Source: a virus
DNA: 62,495 bases
IMG/VR virus record: IMGVR_UViG_3300022670_000211
Coordinates: 1-62,495 of that record
Reading direction: 5' to 3' (one strand)
The notes beneath the pieces were generated by a model. The model saw only the letters and a list, made by a program, of their open reading frames with translations, was not told the DNA's origin and did no database searches. Position numbers and translations under genes: made by a program. Shown one piece after another: positions 24,970 through 34,999 of the stretch (position 1 is the first letter of the stretch; every line of letters begins with the position of its first letter).

Positions 24970-26976
24970 ATGGCGAATCCATATTACACCCCATCAGGAA
25001 CCCCAGGGACTAGCGCCCAAGGGTCTTCGTCCGATATACGGTCTGAATTTGCACTCATTCAAGCGGGCTTAGACAAGTTACCTGCTCTAACGGGTGACTT
25101 TGTAGTCGTAGTAAACGCTGGCGGTACCGCATTAGTACCCGTAGCATCCTTAACCGTGGCCCAGGGTGGTACCGGTGTTGCGACTCTAACCGATGGTGGC
25201 ATACTACTAGGATCAGGAACCGGCGCGATTACGGCTTTAGCTGTTTTAGCCGACGGCGAAATGGTCGTAGGTGATGGCACTACAGACCCTTCAATCGAAT
25301 CAGGCGCAACTTTAAGAACTTCTATAGGCGTTGGTACCGGCGATAACGTAACTTTTACTAATGTAACAGGTACGGGAGTAGGCACTTTTGCTTCACTCGT
25401 TTTAACAACAGATCTACCCGTGACACATGGCGGTACAGGCGCTTCAACGCTTACCGACGGTGGCATTCTATTAGGATCAGGAACTGGTGCGATTACGGCT
25501 ACGGCAGTTTTAGCAGACGGCGAAATGATCGTAGGTGATGGAACTACAGACCCTGCAATCGAATCAGGCGCGACTTTAAGAACCTCAATCGGCCTAGGCT
25601 CTTTAGCAGAACAAAATACTATTAATAACGGCGACTGGTCTGGTACTGATTTAGCGGTCGCTAACGGCGGTACTGGGGCTTCTACTTTCCCTACAGGGTC
25701 TATTTTACTAGGTAATTCAACAAGCGCTATAGGTAATACAGGCGTCCTAGCTGATGGAGATATGATCGTAGGTGATGGCGTAGGCGCGCCGGTAAGAGAA
25801 TCAGGTGCGACTTTAAGAACGTCAATCGGTGTCGGTACAAGTGATAATGTCTCTTTTGCAGGTATAACGGGTAGCGGTATACTATCAATAGATAGTGCAA
25901 CAGATTCAACGTCAACAACAACTGGTAGTATTCATACTGACGGTGGCTTAGGCGTAGTTAAAAATATACATTGTAATGGTAACTTATTTCTTTCACATAC
26001 CGTCGCATCCAATACTAGATTAGGTGATAATTCAGGTGAGAGTTTAGCCGGTGGCGCTCTGCGTAATACATCTTACGGTGGGGATTCACTAGCCCAAAAT
26101 GTATCGGGGGATGACAATACCGCAATCGGGTACGCGTCACTAAAAATAGTTACAGGGATACAGAATACCGCCGTTGGTCAGGGTTCATCAGAGTCTATTA
26201 CATCAGGGTCTAATACCACAGCTATAGGGTTTAACGCTTTGACGTTAAATACAGCCTCAGATAGCACGGCTGTCGGAGCCCTAGCCCTTGACGCTAATAC
26301 GTCGGGTCAACATATGACTGCAGTAGGCAAAGGTGCATTGTCTGCTACGGTAACCGCTTTTTCCGCTACTGCAGTAGGTAAAGAGGCTTTGTTATTATCC
26401 ACAGGGAACTTTAATACTGCTGTTGGCGCTTTTGCTGGGGATGCTATAACATCAGGTACCCAAAATACAATATTAGGCTACGATAGCGACACAGGTTCTG
26501 CGACGTCAACTCATAGAATAGTAATCGGTGCCGGGGTTATAGGTACTGCTAATGACCAAGTATCTATAGGCAAGGCCTCGAATATAGTCTCTAACGATTT
26601 TGGTACTGACGCCGTATGGACTCGCGCCTCAGATGAACGTAAAAAACAAGAAGTTAATCCGTTAATGCTAGGCCTAAGTTTCATTAATGACTTAGAACCT
26701 ATCACATATAGATGGAAAAGTGCGGACCAGTACCCTAAAGAGTGGAATATACCGTCTGATACTGAAATAGATACCGACACAATAATGACCGGTATGTTAG
26801 CTCAACAAGTTAAAAAGGCCTTAGACAACGCCAATACTGGTATTCGGTTCCCAGGGTGGAAAGAACTTGATAATGGTATGCAACAAATTTCAGGTGAAGC
26901 GTATATATTCCCCATAATTAATGCGGTTAACGAATTAACAGCGAGACTTAAAGCCTTGGAGATTGCCCATGCCTAG
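24970..26976 (+). CDS. tail fibre with a C-terminal S74 intramolecular chaperone, auto-cleaving domain
   Basis: C-terminal ASDERKKQEVNPL...LEPITYRWK (SDxRxK signature); three copies of the repeat GGTG..LTDGGILLGSGTGAIT..VLADGEM.VGDG...P..ESGATLRTSIG. Confidence 0.8.
   Translation: MANPYYTPSGTPGTSAQGSSSDIRSEFALIQAGLDKLPALTGDFVVVVNAGGTALVPVASLTVAQGGTGVATLTDGGILLGSGTGAITALAVLADGEMVVGDGTTDPSIESGATLRTSIGVGTGDNVTFTNVTGTGVGTFASLVLTTDLPVTHGGTGASTLTDGGILLGSGTGAITATAVLADGEMIVGDGTTDPAIESGATLRTSIGLGSLAEQNTINNGDWSGTDLAVANGGTGASTFPTGSILLGNSTSAIGNTGVLADGDMIVGDGVGAPVRESGATLRTSIGVGTSDNVSFAGITGSGILSIDSATDSTSTTTGSIHTDGGLGVVKNIHCNGNLFLSHTVASNTRLGDNSGESLAGGALRNTSYGGDSLAQNVSGDDNTAIGYASLKIVTGIQNTAVGQGSSESITSGSNTTAIGFNALTLNTASDSTAVGALALDANTSGQHMTAVGKGALSATVTAFSATAVGKEALLLSTGNFNTAVGAFAGDAITSGTQNTILGYDSDTGSATSTHRIVIGAGVIGTANDQVSIGKASNIVSNDFGTDAVWTRASDERKKQEVNPLMLGLSFINDLEPITYRWKSADQYPKEWNIPSDTEIDTDTIMTGMLAQQVKKALDNANTGIRFPGWKELDNGMQQISGEAYIFPIINAVNELTARLKALEIAHA
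25156..25833 (+). repeat. Three roughly 59-aa tandem-like repeats inside the tail fibre gene
   Basis: aa 63-121, 151-209 and 230-288 of the product are alignable by eye. Confidence 0.8.
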
Positions 26977-28459
26977 CCCGTTACAAATACCTCAGGCTCC
27001 TAAAAATCCTGAATTAGACCCACTTGATCCTAATGCGTCACTACCTACCGCGGTAGTGGGCAAAGAGGCACCTACGGACGTAGTGCCCGCGGCACCGACC
27101 CCGGTAACCGAAGGACCTGCGGCAGATTTATCGTTGTCAGCTATTGCTAAGCCAATTTCCACAGATATTGATCCATCGAAAGATACGGTTGAAGGCCGTG
27201 TGAGCGATATTATCAGTACCGGTAGCCCTTTACAGCAAATTGCCAAGACTCAAGCTAAGCAGGAAATGCAGCAAAAAGGCTTGTTAAATACGTCTATGGC
27301 TATCGGTGCAGGTCAGAAAGCCGTTATGGAACAAGCTTTATCAATTGCTAAGCCTGATGCGCTATACGCACAACAAATTAACCTACAGCGTGAAAAAGAG
27401 GATATCGATAAACGTATGTTAACGGCTAGTGCCGATGAACAAATACGACTAATTGCCAAGAAAAGTGAAGTTGATACCGCGTTACAAGAACTTTCAGGAA
27501 CTCAAGCGCTAGAACAAATAGGTGCTAGGGGCGAAGTTGAAGCAGATTTAATCGCTCGCCGCGGTGAAATAGAAACGATGCTACAGACTGCGGATTCTGA
27601 GACTAGAAGCCGCTTGATAGAAGAACAAGGCGCTTTAGAACTAGAGCTAGTAAAAGCTCGGGGTGTAGAAGAGTTATCATTACGAGATAGACAAGCTGAA
27701 ATAGATAACGAACTGGAAACTTTAAGGGCTGGATTTAAGACGGGCGATTTAGCGGCTCAACAGTTACACGAAACCGAATTAAATAATGAGCGTATGGCCT
27801 TAGAAGAACGTCTATTAGAAATGCAAGGCGACCAGAACCTAGTGCTACAGAATTTACAGGGCGAACAAGCCGTAGCCTTAGAAGATATTAGGGGCTATTA
27901 CGACGGTATAATAAATACCCAAAGAAACGCCGCAGTATTGTACAACACAACACAGCAAACTATAGCTGAGTTACTTACAAATCCTGATCTATCTCCTGAT
28001 GATAGGTCAGCAGCTATTCAGTATCAAATCGACAATCTCAATGCTTCGCTAAGCGTGTTAGGTACCATGGGTGGTGTAGATGTAAGCGACATATTAGGGA
28101 TAGCGCCGCCTACTACTCAAGAACCAAGTACCCTAGGAGTCCAAGCGGGTCCTGGAGACATAGGTGGTTCAGAGACAATAGTACCACCTACTGAAGGTGT
28201 GCCTAGTATATCCACGCAAGGTGAATTATCGTTCTTCCAAAGAATAGAAGATAGCGGATATAAGTCACGGAGCGGATTACAAGGTCTAGGTGGTTTAGGA
28301 GTCTCGGAAATTTCAGGAACTTATGAAGGTAAAGATTTTAATATAAAGGCGACTAACGAGATAATGGCCCAAGACCCTAGTTTCCAAAAAGCTCACGAAG
28401 ATAGTGACGTATTTATCGGTGGTCTTGGCTGGATTCCTCTAACCGCTTTTATAGAGTAA
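26963..28459 (+). CDS. coiled-coil virion protein (498 aa)
   Basis: Pro-rich N-terminus followed by long E/L/Q/R-rich helical segments. Confidence 0.55.
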   Translation: MPMPSPLQIPQAPKNPELDPLDPNASLPTAVVGKEAPTDVVPAAPTPVTEGPAADLSLSAIAKPISTDIDPSKDTVEGRVSDIISTGSPLQQIAKTQAKQEMQQKGLLNTSMAIGAGQKAVMEQALSIAKPDALYAQQINLQREKEDIDKRMLTASADEQIRLIAKKSEVDTALQELSGTQALEQIGARGEVEADLIARRGEIETMLQTADSETRSRLIEEQGALELELVKARGVEELSLRDRQAEIDNELETLRAGFKTGDLAAQQLHETELNNERMALEERLLEMQGDQNLVLQNLQGEQAVALEDIRGYYDGIINTQRNAAVLYNTTQQTIAELLTNPDLSPDDRSAAIQYQIDNLNASLSVLGTMGGVDVSDILGIAPPTTQEPSTLGVQAGPGDIGGSETIVPPTEGVPSISTQGELSFFQRIEDSGYKSRSGLQGLGGLGVSEISGTYEGKDFNIKATNEIMAQDPSFQKAHEDSDVFIGGLGWIPLTAFIE

Positions 28460-28462
28460 AAT

Positions 28463-28906
28463 ATGACTAGATGTATAAGAAAAGCTACACCTAGCGATAT
28501 AAGTGGCGTAGCACGTTTAGGGATAGAAGCACTTAAATTAGACGCATACGAAAATTTGCGGATAAGTAAAGCGAAAGTATTGGCGGTAGCTACCGAATGT
28601 GTCTCAGCACCTTGTAATTTTTGCTGGGTCGCTGAAAAAGATAATGAAATAGTAGGCGCAGTAAGTGCCGTGGTTCATCCTATGGCGTTCTATGAAAGAA
28701 GCCAAGCTAGCGTAGTACAGTTTTATTGTACGGACCCAGGGCAAGGTATTAAGCTTATACGGGAGCTTTTAAAATGGGTAGATACTCGCCCCGCTATAAA
28801 AATGGTTTGTTTTACGTTAGAATGTAGAGCAGACCCTAGAATAGGAAAACTCTTAAAACGGTTAGGGCTACAAAATGAATTACCAGTATATATGAGTATA
28901 ACGTAG
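28463..28906 (+). CDS. GNAT-family N-acetyltransferase (candidate)
   Basis: IRKATPSDI..., VAEKDNEIVGAVSAV, then QFYCTDPGQGIKLIRELLKW, which fits the acetyl-CoA motif Q/RxxGxG/A. Confidence 0.6.
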   Translation: MTRCIRKATPSDISGVARLGIEALKLDAYENLRISKAKVLAVATECVSAPCNFCWVAEKDNEIVGAVSAVVHPMAFYERSQASVVQFYCTDPGQGIKLIRELLKWVDTRPAIKMVCFTLECRADPRIGKLLKRLGLQNELPVYMSIT

Positions 28907-28926
28907 CATTAAGCAGGTACTAAAAA

Positions 28927-29628
28927 ATGAGTAAATTTTTTAAAGGTATGGCCAAGGTCGCAAAAAATATCGGCCACGGCATCCAAAAAGTATTTAAAAA
29001 AGTGATGAAATCCAAAGTATTTAAGATAGTGTTAATCGCTGTCGCTATATATTTCGGAGGTGCCATGCTAGGTCTTTGGGGTGGTACTGGTGCTGCGGGT
29101 GCTGGTGGTGTCGCGGCTGCTACAGGTGGTGGTACAACTGCTGCTGGTACAACTGCTGCTGGTACAACTGCTGCTGGTACAACTGCTGCTGGTACAACTG
29201 CTGCAGGGACCGGGGCTACTCTTGCTACAGGTACTGAGGTATCCGCGGCTTTAACCGCAGCACCGACGGCGGGTGCTGGTGCTGGACTCGCTACGGGTGC
29301 TGATGTAGCGACGGCTTTAACTGCTGCCGCGCCCGAAGTTGCTGCAGCGCCGTCTTTTTTAAGCACGTTAGGATCTGGTGCGTCATCAGTAGGTAGTTTT
29401 GTTCAAGCTAACCCTCTTGCAACTGCTATGGGTTTTAATGCACTATCTAGTGCGCTGTCACCTGATGAACTAGACTTATTGAAAGAGCAAGAAAACATTC
29501 GAAAACGAGAATTTGAAGCTACTTTAGAATCTCGTAGACAAAATTTAACCGGGTTTAATACGTTACCATTGCTACATCAAGCTCAAGGTAATGTATCTAC
29601 GCTACGAAATAGACGCTTAGGGGGTTAA
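28927..29628 (+). CDS. membrane-anchored Gly/Ala/Thr-rich virion or ejection protein
   Basis: TMD VFKIVLIAVAIYFGGAMLGLWGG followed by low-complexity sequence with (GTTAA)5. Confidence 0.6.
   Translation: MSKFFKGMAKVAKNIGHGIQKVFKKVMKSKVFKIVLIAVAIYFGGAMLGLWGGTGAAGAGGVAAATGGGTTAAGTTAAGTTAAGTTAAGTTAAGTGATLATGTEVSAALTAAPTAGAGAGLATGADVATALTAAAPEVAAAPSFLSTLGSGASSVGSFVQANPLATAMGFNALSSALSPDELDLLKEQENIRKREFEATLESRRQNLTGFNTLPLLHQAQGNVSTLRNRRLGG
29131..29205 (+). repeat. 15-bp tandem repeat x5 (ggtacaactgctgct)
   Basis: Four perfect copies plus one copy with a single change; in frame, encoding GTTAA. Confidence 0.95.
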
Positions 29629-29629
29629 G

Positions 29630-30181
29630 ATGGCAGTTCCTCAAAATAATGCAGGTCCATTAGATAGTGCTGGTCAAACACCTGTCGAACCTTCTGATCG
29701 TGAAATGACTCAAGGTACCCAACAATCAACGCCCGAAGAACAAGATTTCTACGAGCGTATAGTTTTAGCTGGTGATAAAATTATTTTTGGCAATGAAAAA
29801 GCGCGTACAGCTATAGTAGAGAAATTAAAAGTAGATGCTAAAGAACCTGCTAAGGCTTTAGCAGACGCTACAGCGTTACTAATGATACAGCTTGACGAGC
29901 AAACCGGCGGCACGATACCCGAAGCCGTAGTATTACCCGCCGCTACTGAACTTTTAGAGCATGTAGCGGAATTAGCGGACAGTTTAGAGCTGTTTCCTAT
30001 TGATGACGCGGTAGCTAACCATGCTGGTCAGCTAATGGTAGGTAATTTAGCCGAGGCATACGGCATGAGTCCCGAAGATATGCAAGCTATGGTTGATTCT
30101 GTACCGCCCGAAGCCGCTCAACAAATAGCCGCGGAGCAGGGTAATTTCGCTAATAAACAACCACCACAAGAGGTTTTATAG
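29630..30181 (+). CDS. acidic virion-module protein (183 aa)
   Basis: ORF. Confidence 0.55.
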   Translation: MAVPQNNAGPLDSAGQTPVEPSDREMTQGTQQSTPEEQDFYERIVLAGDKIIFGNEKARTAIVEKLKVDAKEPAKALADATALLMIQLDEQTGGTIPEAVVLPAATELLEHVAELADSLELFPIDDAVANHAGQLMVGNLAEAYGMSPEDMQAMVDSVPPEAAQQIAAEQGNFANKQPPQEVL

Positions 30182-30183
30182 TC

Positions 30184-30954
30184 ATGGCTAGCTTTCTTCA
30201 AAAATTCGCCCGCGGTGGTGCTGCTGCTGGTGGCGTTCTATTCGCAGATATGGCACGGGAACAGCTTAGGGCGGGTATCATGACCGAACGTGATGACGTG
30301 TTGAATGCTAATAGGCAGACTATGGAAAAATCCCGCCAAGAGGCCTCAACTCTGCAGCATGAACAACGTTTAGCGCAACAAGAATCGGAATTTGTCCGAG
30401 GCTTAGATTCTCCACGGGCTCAAGCTGACAAAATAAAATTAACTAGTGCTAAAAATTTAGAGAACTTAAAAACTCAGTATGCCGCGGCTACTACTGACGC
30501 AGAACGAGACACTATTGCTAAACAAATGGCCGCTGAACAAGGTAAGCCATTAGAAGGTAAGCCAGGGTCCGGTACTAAGCCTACTGCAGGGATTCAAGAA
30601 GCGCGTGTATTAGCTACTCTTGACGAATTCAAAAACGAAGCCGAAGCCTTGAAATTCTTAAAAAGTAAAGAGGGTAATATGGTCAAATCCGTATTTACTC
30701 AGCTTTTACAAAGCCAAGAAGATGCTATGGTCCAACCGGATGAACAGAACTATCTAACCGTAGAAGCTGCATTACTCAAGGCTAGAGAAATTATTAAACC
30801 TCAAAAACCAGCAACCGGCGGCGGTGACGGCGATATCGAGCAATTTAACACGACTAAACACCCAAGTGTAAAAACACAAGCTGATTTTGATAAATTAGAA
30901 TCGGGTGCTCTATACTTTGATGTATTCGATGGTAAATCATATAGGAAACCCTAA
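30184..30954 (+). CDS. virion-module protein (256 aa)
   Basis: ORF. Confidence 0.55.
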   Translation: MASFLQKFARGGAAAGGVLFADMAREQLRAGIMTERDDVLNANRQTMEKSRQEASTLQHEQRLAQQESEFVRGLDSPRAQADKIKLTSAKNLENLKTQYAAATTDAERDTIAKQMAAEQGKPLEGKPGSGTKPTAGIQEARVLATLDEFKNEAEALKFLKSKEGNMVKSVFTQLLQSQEDAMVQPDEQNYLTVEAALLKAREIIKPQKPATGGGDGDIEQFNTTKHPSVKTQADFDKLESGALYFDVFDGKSYRKP

Positions 30955-30956
30955 TC

Positions 30957-33900
30957 ATGGCGACTAATAGATTCGGGGGCGCGCCTCTTGACGAGGAAAC
31001 CGAGGGATCTAACCGTTTTGGCGGGATCGCTATCGATGAACAAACCCCTTCAACCTCAACCATAGACGAAGTACCTGAAAGATCATTCCTAGAAATGGGC
31101 GGTGATTTTGCTACTAGTTACGGTATTGGCTCCAACGCATTACTAAAAATGGGCGGTGATTTATACGGCCTAGCTACTGGCGACTTTGATAACTGGGCAT
31201 CCGAACAAGGTGCGCGCGGTATCGAGTACTTTGAGAATACTAAATCAGATACCTTAAAAACTTTAGAAAAAAATCGACAAGCCAAAGTCGCTAACGCGGA
31301 CGGCGAATTCGCTAAAGCGGGTACGATGTTTTGGGAAACGGTTTCTTCTCCTTCACTATTTGCCGCATTCGCATTCGAACAAGCCCCATTACTATTATCA
31401 ACTGCAGGTACGGGCGCTGCTGTCGGTGCTGGTGTTAAAATAGCTGGCGCGACTGCTTCAACTGTTGCAAAATCTGCCACGGCTGGCGCGATTACTGCCG
31501 GTGGCGTTATGCAAGGTGCCGACGTAGGTTCGGACGCTTATGAAAAATTACTTAGTTTACCCGATGAAGTTTGGGCAGCTAATGAAAGATACCAAGCACG
31601 AATAGCCGAAGGTATGACACCAGAAGCAGCTAAAGCGGAGATTGCGTTACCTTTATCGCGCGATAGTGCTATGGCCGCGGGTTTAGTATCTTTAGGCCTT
31701 AATATGATACCTGGGGCCGCTAAGCTGGAAAAAGCTTTAGTAGGCGTAAAGCGTTCAGGTAAAGGTGGATTACAAGGTTTTGCCAAAGGTTTTGCTGGCG
31801 AAGCTACTGCAGAAGGTTTAGAAGAAGGTTACGGCGCGTTGCGTAGTAACATAGCTGCCAAGAAAATAGATCCTAGCATAGATATTACGAAAGGGGTTGG
31901 CGAGGCTGCTGGCATGGGTGCTGCTGCTGGCTTTTTTGGTGGCGCTGCTGGTGTTCGTGGTGAAGGTCCTAAGTCAAACCGAGCCATTATCGACGAATTA
32001 GACCAGTCATTAAAAACTATTGCTGCTGCTCCTACCGTGGACGCAGCTATCGACGCAGCTAACGTGATAATCGGTAGTGAAGTTGGCATAAAAATAAAAG
32101 CTCAAGAACCTAGTCCCGCTGCAGCCATAGAACCAACAATCGGGGCTCCAATCGAAGTAGAGCCAGACCCAACAATCGGCGGCACTTTTGGTGGTTTACC
32201 TATCGAGCCGACTGCAGAAGTAGAGCCCGCCGGTCCTCCTACCGAAGAAGAACGTATATCGGCAGAAGTCGGCATACAGTCTAAAGCCCGTGCTCGAATT
32301 GAAGAAGAACAACGCCAGCAAGCAATATCAGCGCCGCAAGAAGCTCTTATCAGCGAGTTAACCTTATCTAAAGATGTGCCTCAGTTTAAGGCCGGTGCTA
32401 CTAAAGAAGGTGTCGTTGAGCCATTAGGCGGTACTTTTGATCGTGCTGGTGTGGGGCCGATTCAAGTTTGGGTCAGAAAAAGCGGTGCGAAAGAAGTGAT
32501 CACCGGTCGACATAGATTAGATCTAGCCAAGCGTAGCGGCATGACTACTATACCTGCTCAACTTCATTACGAAGCCGAAGGGTTTGACGTTAAACAAGCT
32601 AAAGCTTTGGATGCTACGCTAAATATCCGCGAAGGTCAGGGACAAGTAAAAGATTATATTAACTTCATCAAAGAAACTGATATAACCCCGGAACAAGCAG
32701 AGTCGCAAGGGATCTTAGCGCGTTCTACGGGTCAGCAAGCCTTTACCATCGCTAAAAAAGGTAGTGAATTACTAATCGATGCTCATAGCCAGGGCATAAT
32801 TAGCGATCCCGCTGCGGTTCAAATATCAGAAGCAGCGCCAAATAATGAAGCATTGCAAGTTGTCGGCCTAAAAGCTATTGAAAACGGTAAACCAGTAAAC
32901 GTAGCCGTTAACATGGTGAAAGCTGTTAGTACCATGGCACCAACTGAGCCGCAAGAAGGCGACTTATTCGGCTTCGATACTGGCGCTATTAAACAAGCGG
33001 AAGAATTAGCTCGAGCTGCAGCAGCTAAACAAGCGACTTTACAACGGTCATTATCCGCGGTTCAAGGTGCGACTAAAAATCCTGAGTTAGCAGCTAGAGA
33101 AGGTGTGAACGTCGATAACCCTGCAGCGTTAAAAACTCGTATTACTGCACTGAAAGCCGAAAAAGCTGCCTGGGCTGAATGGCATACTAATCCTAAATTA
33201 GTTAGCGAGCTTAAACGTGGGATTGAGGGATTACCCCCTAAGAAAGCTGAGCCTAAGAAAGTTGAGCCGAAAGTACAAAAAGATCGTGTCGTGGTAGAAC
33301 ACCCGATTGATATCAAAACTTTTGACACATTTAAAACGGCTAAAGATGCTGTTGACTGGTTAGCTACCAGCGCAAAAGATCCGGTTTTTAAAGCAATTGC
33401 TAAGTCGATTCAAGGCCTTATCGGTACCGATATTGGTTTTAGAATGCGAGGTAGTGGTAAACGTAAACGTAGTATTCGTCGCGGTGTATATGAGACTTTA
33501 AAAAATAGATACACTGGTGAACTCGTTCAACGAGAAGTCGGTATCTATACGGAAGGTATGCAAGAAGCCACCTTGACGCATGAGCTAATCCACGCTGCGA
33601 CCGTTGAGCTAATAGATAACCCTAAAACCGAAGCACAGAGAAAAGCGGTTATAGACCTTAAACAAGTTCAATTTGATGTGAATCGCATTATCGCCACTGA
33701 TTTAGCTCAATTTACCACGCTTACTAAGGAAGAACAAAACGCGTTCCAAACGGTAGGGAATTCTTTAAAGGAATTCGTTACCTACTCGTTGACTAATCCT
33801 GGCTTTCAATCTGCGCTTAAAAAGCTAACGTTTAAAGGCGAAAGACAAAGTATATTCAACAAGCTAAGTGATGTAATTAAACAATTGTTAGGACTAAAAG

Positions 33901-34370
33901 AAGTCTCCGGCACTGTTTTTGCTAGAGCTTTAGAGGCTAGTTCGGCAGTTGTTGAGTCAGCTACTAAAGTAACAGCGTCTAAGCCGCCGCCTGATACTCG
34001 AACTAAGTCTCAAATCAGTAAAGATAAAGCCGAAGAATTGCGGAAAGAAGCTTACAAAGCTACACTTAAAGCTAGTGACCAATACGCTACTAAAACCGGA
34101 TATGTTAAGTTTATTAACGATATGAAGGCTAAATATAAACAAGCTTTTAATAACTTACCTAAAAATACTATCCAGGGCCGAGCAGATTTCACCCAATTTA
34201 TTCAAGCCCAAGTCGGGCAAATGGTGTCATTAAGCGATATCAAGTTAACTAGAAAAATTACTGATAAAGATGGTAAGATACAGCTAGTTCAAGGTGCAGC
34301 CGAAACCGTGTTAAGACAAACAAGAAAAAAACGCGATATGGCGCTTAAATTATTAAGGTGTATACAGTGA
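30957..34370 (+). CDS. polyvalent virion protein with a ParB/Srx-like domain and a zincin (HExxH) domain
   Basis: N-terminal duplicated NRFGG motif and Gly/Ala-rich hydrophobic stretches; ParB-type EVITGRHRLDLAKRSG; metalloprotease-type TLTHELIHAAT. Confidence 0.7.
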   Translation: MATNRFGGAPLDEETEGSNRFGGIAIDEQTPSTSTIDEVPERSFLEMGGDFATSYGIGSNALLKMGGDLYGLATGDFDNWASEQGARGIEYFENTKSDTLKTLEKNRQAKVANADGEFAKAGTMFWETVSSPSLFAAFAFEQAPLLLSTAGTGAAVGAGVKIAGATASTVAKSATAGAITAGGVMQGADVGSDAYEKLLSLPDEVWAANERYQARIAEGMTPEAAKAEIALPLSRDSAMAAGLVSLGLNMIPGAAKLEKALVGVKRSGKGGLQGFAKGFAGEATAEGLEEGYGALRSNIAAKKIDPSIDITKGVGEAAGMGAAAGFFGGAAGVRGEGPKSNRAIIDELDQSLKTIAAAPTVDAAIDAANVIIGSEVGIKIKAQEPSPAAAIEPTIGAPIEVEPDPTIGGTFGGLPIEPTAEVEPAGPPTEEERISAEVGIQSKARARIEEEQRQQAISAPQEALISELTLSKDVPQFKAGATKEGVVEPLGGTFDRAGVGPIQVWVRKSGAKEVITGRHRLDLAKRSGMTTIPAQLHYEAEGFDVKQAKALDATLNIREGQGQVKDYINFIKETDITPEQAESQGILARSTGQQAFTIAKKGSELLIDAHSQGIISDPAAVQISEAAPNNEALQVVGLKAIENGKPVNVAVNMVKAVSTMAPTEPQEGDLFGFDTGAIKQAEELARAAAAKQATLQRSLSAVQGATKNPELAAREGVNVDNPAALKTRITALKAEKAAWAEWHTNPKLVSELKRGIEGLPPKKAEPKKVEPKVQKDRVVVEHPIDIKTFDTFKTAKDAVDWLATSAKDPVFKAIAKSIQGLIGTDIGFRMRGSGKRKRSIRRGVYETLKNRYTGELVQREVGIYTEGMQEATLTHELIHAATVELIDNPKTEAQRKAVIDLKQVQFDVNRIIATDLAQFTTLTKEEQNAFQTVGNSLKEFVTYSLTNPGFQSALKKLTFKGERQSIFNKLSDVIKQLLGLKEVSGTVFARALEASSAVVESATKVTASKPPPDTRTKSQISKDKAEELRKEAYKATLKASDQYATKTGYVKFINDMKAKYKQAFNNLPKNTIQGRADFTQFIQAQVGQMVSLSDIKLTRKITDKDGKIQLVQGAAETVLRQTRKKRDMALKLLRCIQ

Positions 34371-34690
34371 CCGATAAAACTATAGAAGATTTTGAAAGCG
34401 AAGGCTTTAAGATATATGACGAAGGTAAAAAACCTTCATCAACTAGTGGTCCTAAAGAATCGGGCGAGACTAAAGTACTTGTGCTAGATACTAAAGAAGT
34501 ATTACACGCTGTAAACCAAGCCAATGCTATAGTTAAAGAAGGTATCGAAAACTCTAACAAACAGTTAGCCGCTAGCATAGCAAAAATTGTGCGAGCCGTA
34601 GACGAGAGACCAGACGGCTTTACCTTAAATATCCATCGTGATCAACGCGGTTTTATGACCAGCATTGACGTAAAAATAAAGAGGACTTAG
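34358..34690 (+). CDS. hypothetical protein (about 110 aa)
   Basis: ORF with a GTG start overlapping the previous stop. Confidence 0.5.
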   Translation: MYTVTDKTIEDFESEGFKIYDEGKKPSSTSGPKESGETKVLVLDTKEVLHAVNQANAIVKEGIENSNKQLAASIAKIVRAVDERPDGFTLNIHRDQRGFMTSIDVKIKRT

Positions 34691-34693
34691 CCC

Positions 34694-34996
34694 ATGGCAA
34701 CATATATCGAATTAAGAACATTATTTAACGACGGTGACTTGGTTAACCGGACCGCTGTAGCTATAGTGATCACAGTTAATGCACTGCTTGAAGGCACCCC
34801 AACAGCTAACGATAAAGCGTATGCAAATGTAGTTTTGTCAGATCCCCAAGGTGAAGCTAAAAAAGTGCTAATGACCGTGCTAGCTGCTAATAAAGGGGTT
34901 GATGTATCCACCATACAAGGTGCTAGTGACGCGACGTTGCAGACTAAAGTAGATGCAATCGTACCACACTTAATAGACGCTTTAGCAGGAGTATAA
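34694..34996 (+). CDS. hypothetical protein (100 aa)
   Basis: ORF. Confidence 0.6.
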   Translation: MATYIELRTLFNDGDLVNRTAVAIVITVNALLEGTPTANDKAYANVVLSDPQGEAKKVLMTVLAANKGVDVSTIQGASDATLQTKVDAIVPHLIDALAGV

Positions 34997-34999
34997 TTT

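Noticed and set aside
28920-29366. 148-aa minus-strand ORF with an AAVVP repeat
   Set aside because: It is the mirror image of the (GTTAA)5 repeat region of the 28927-29628 gene. The plus-strand gene has an RBS, a TMD and operon context.
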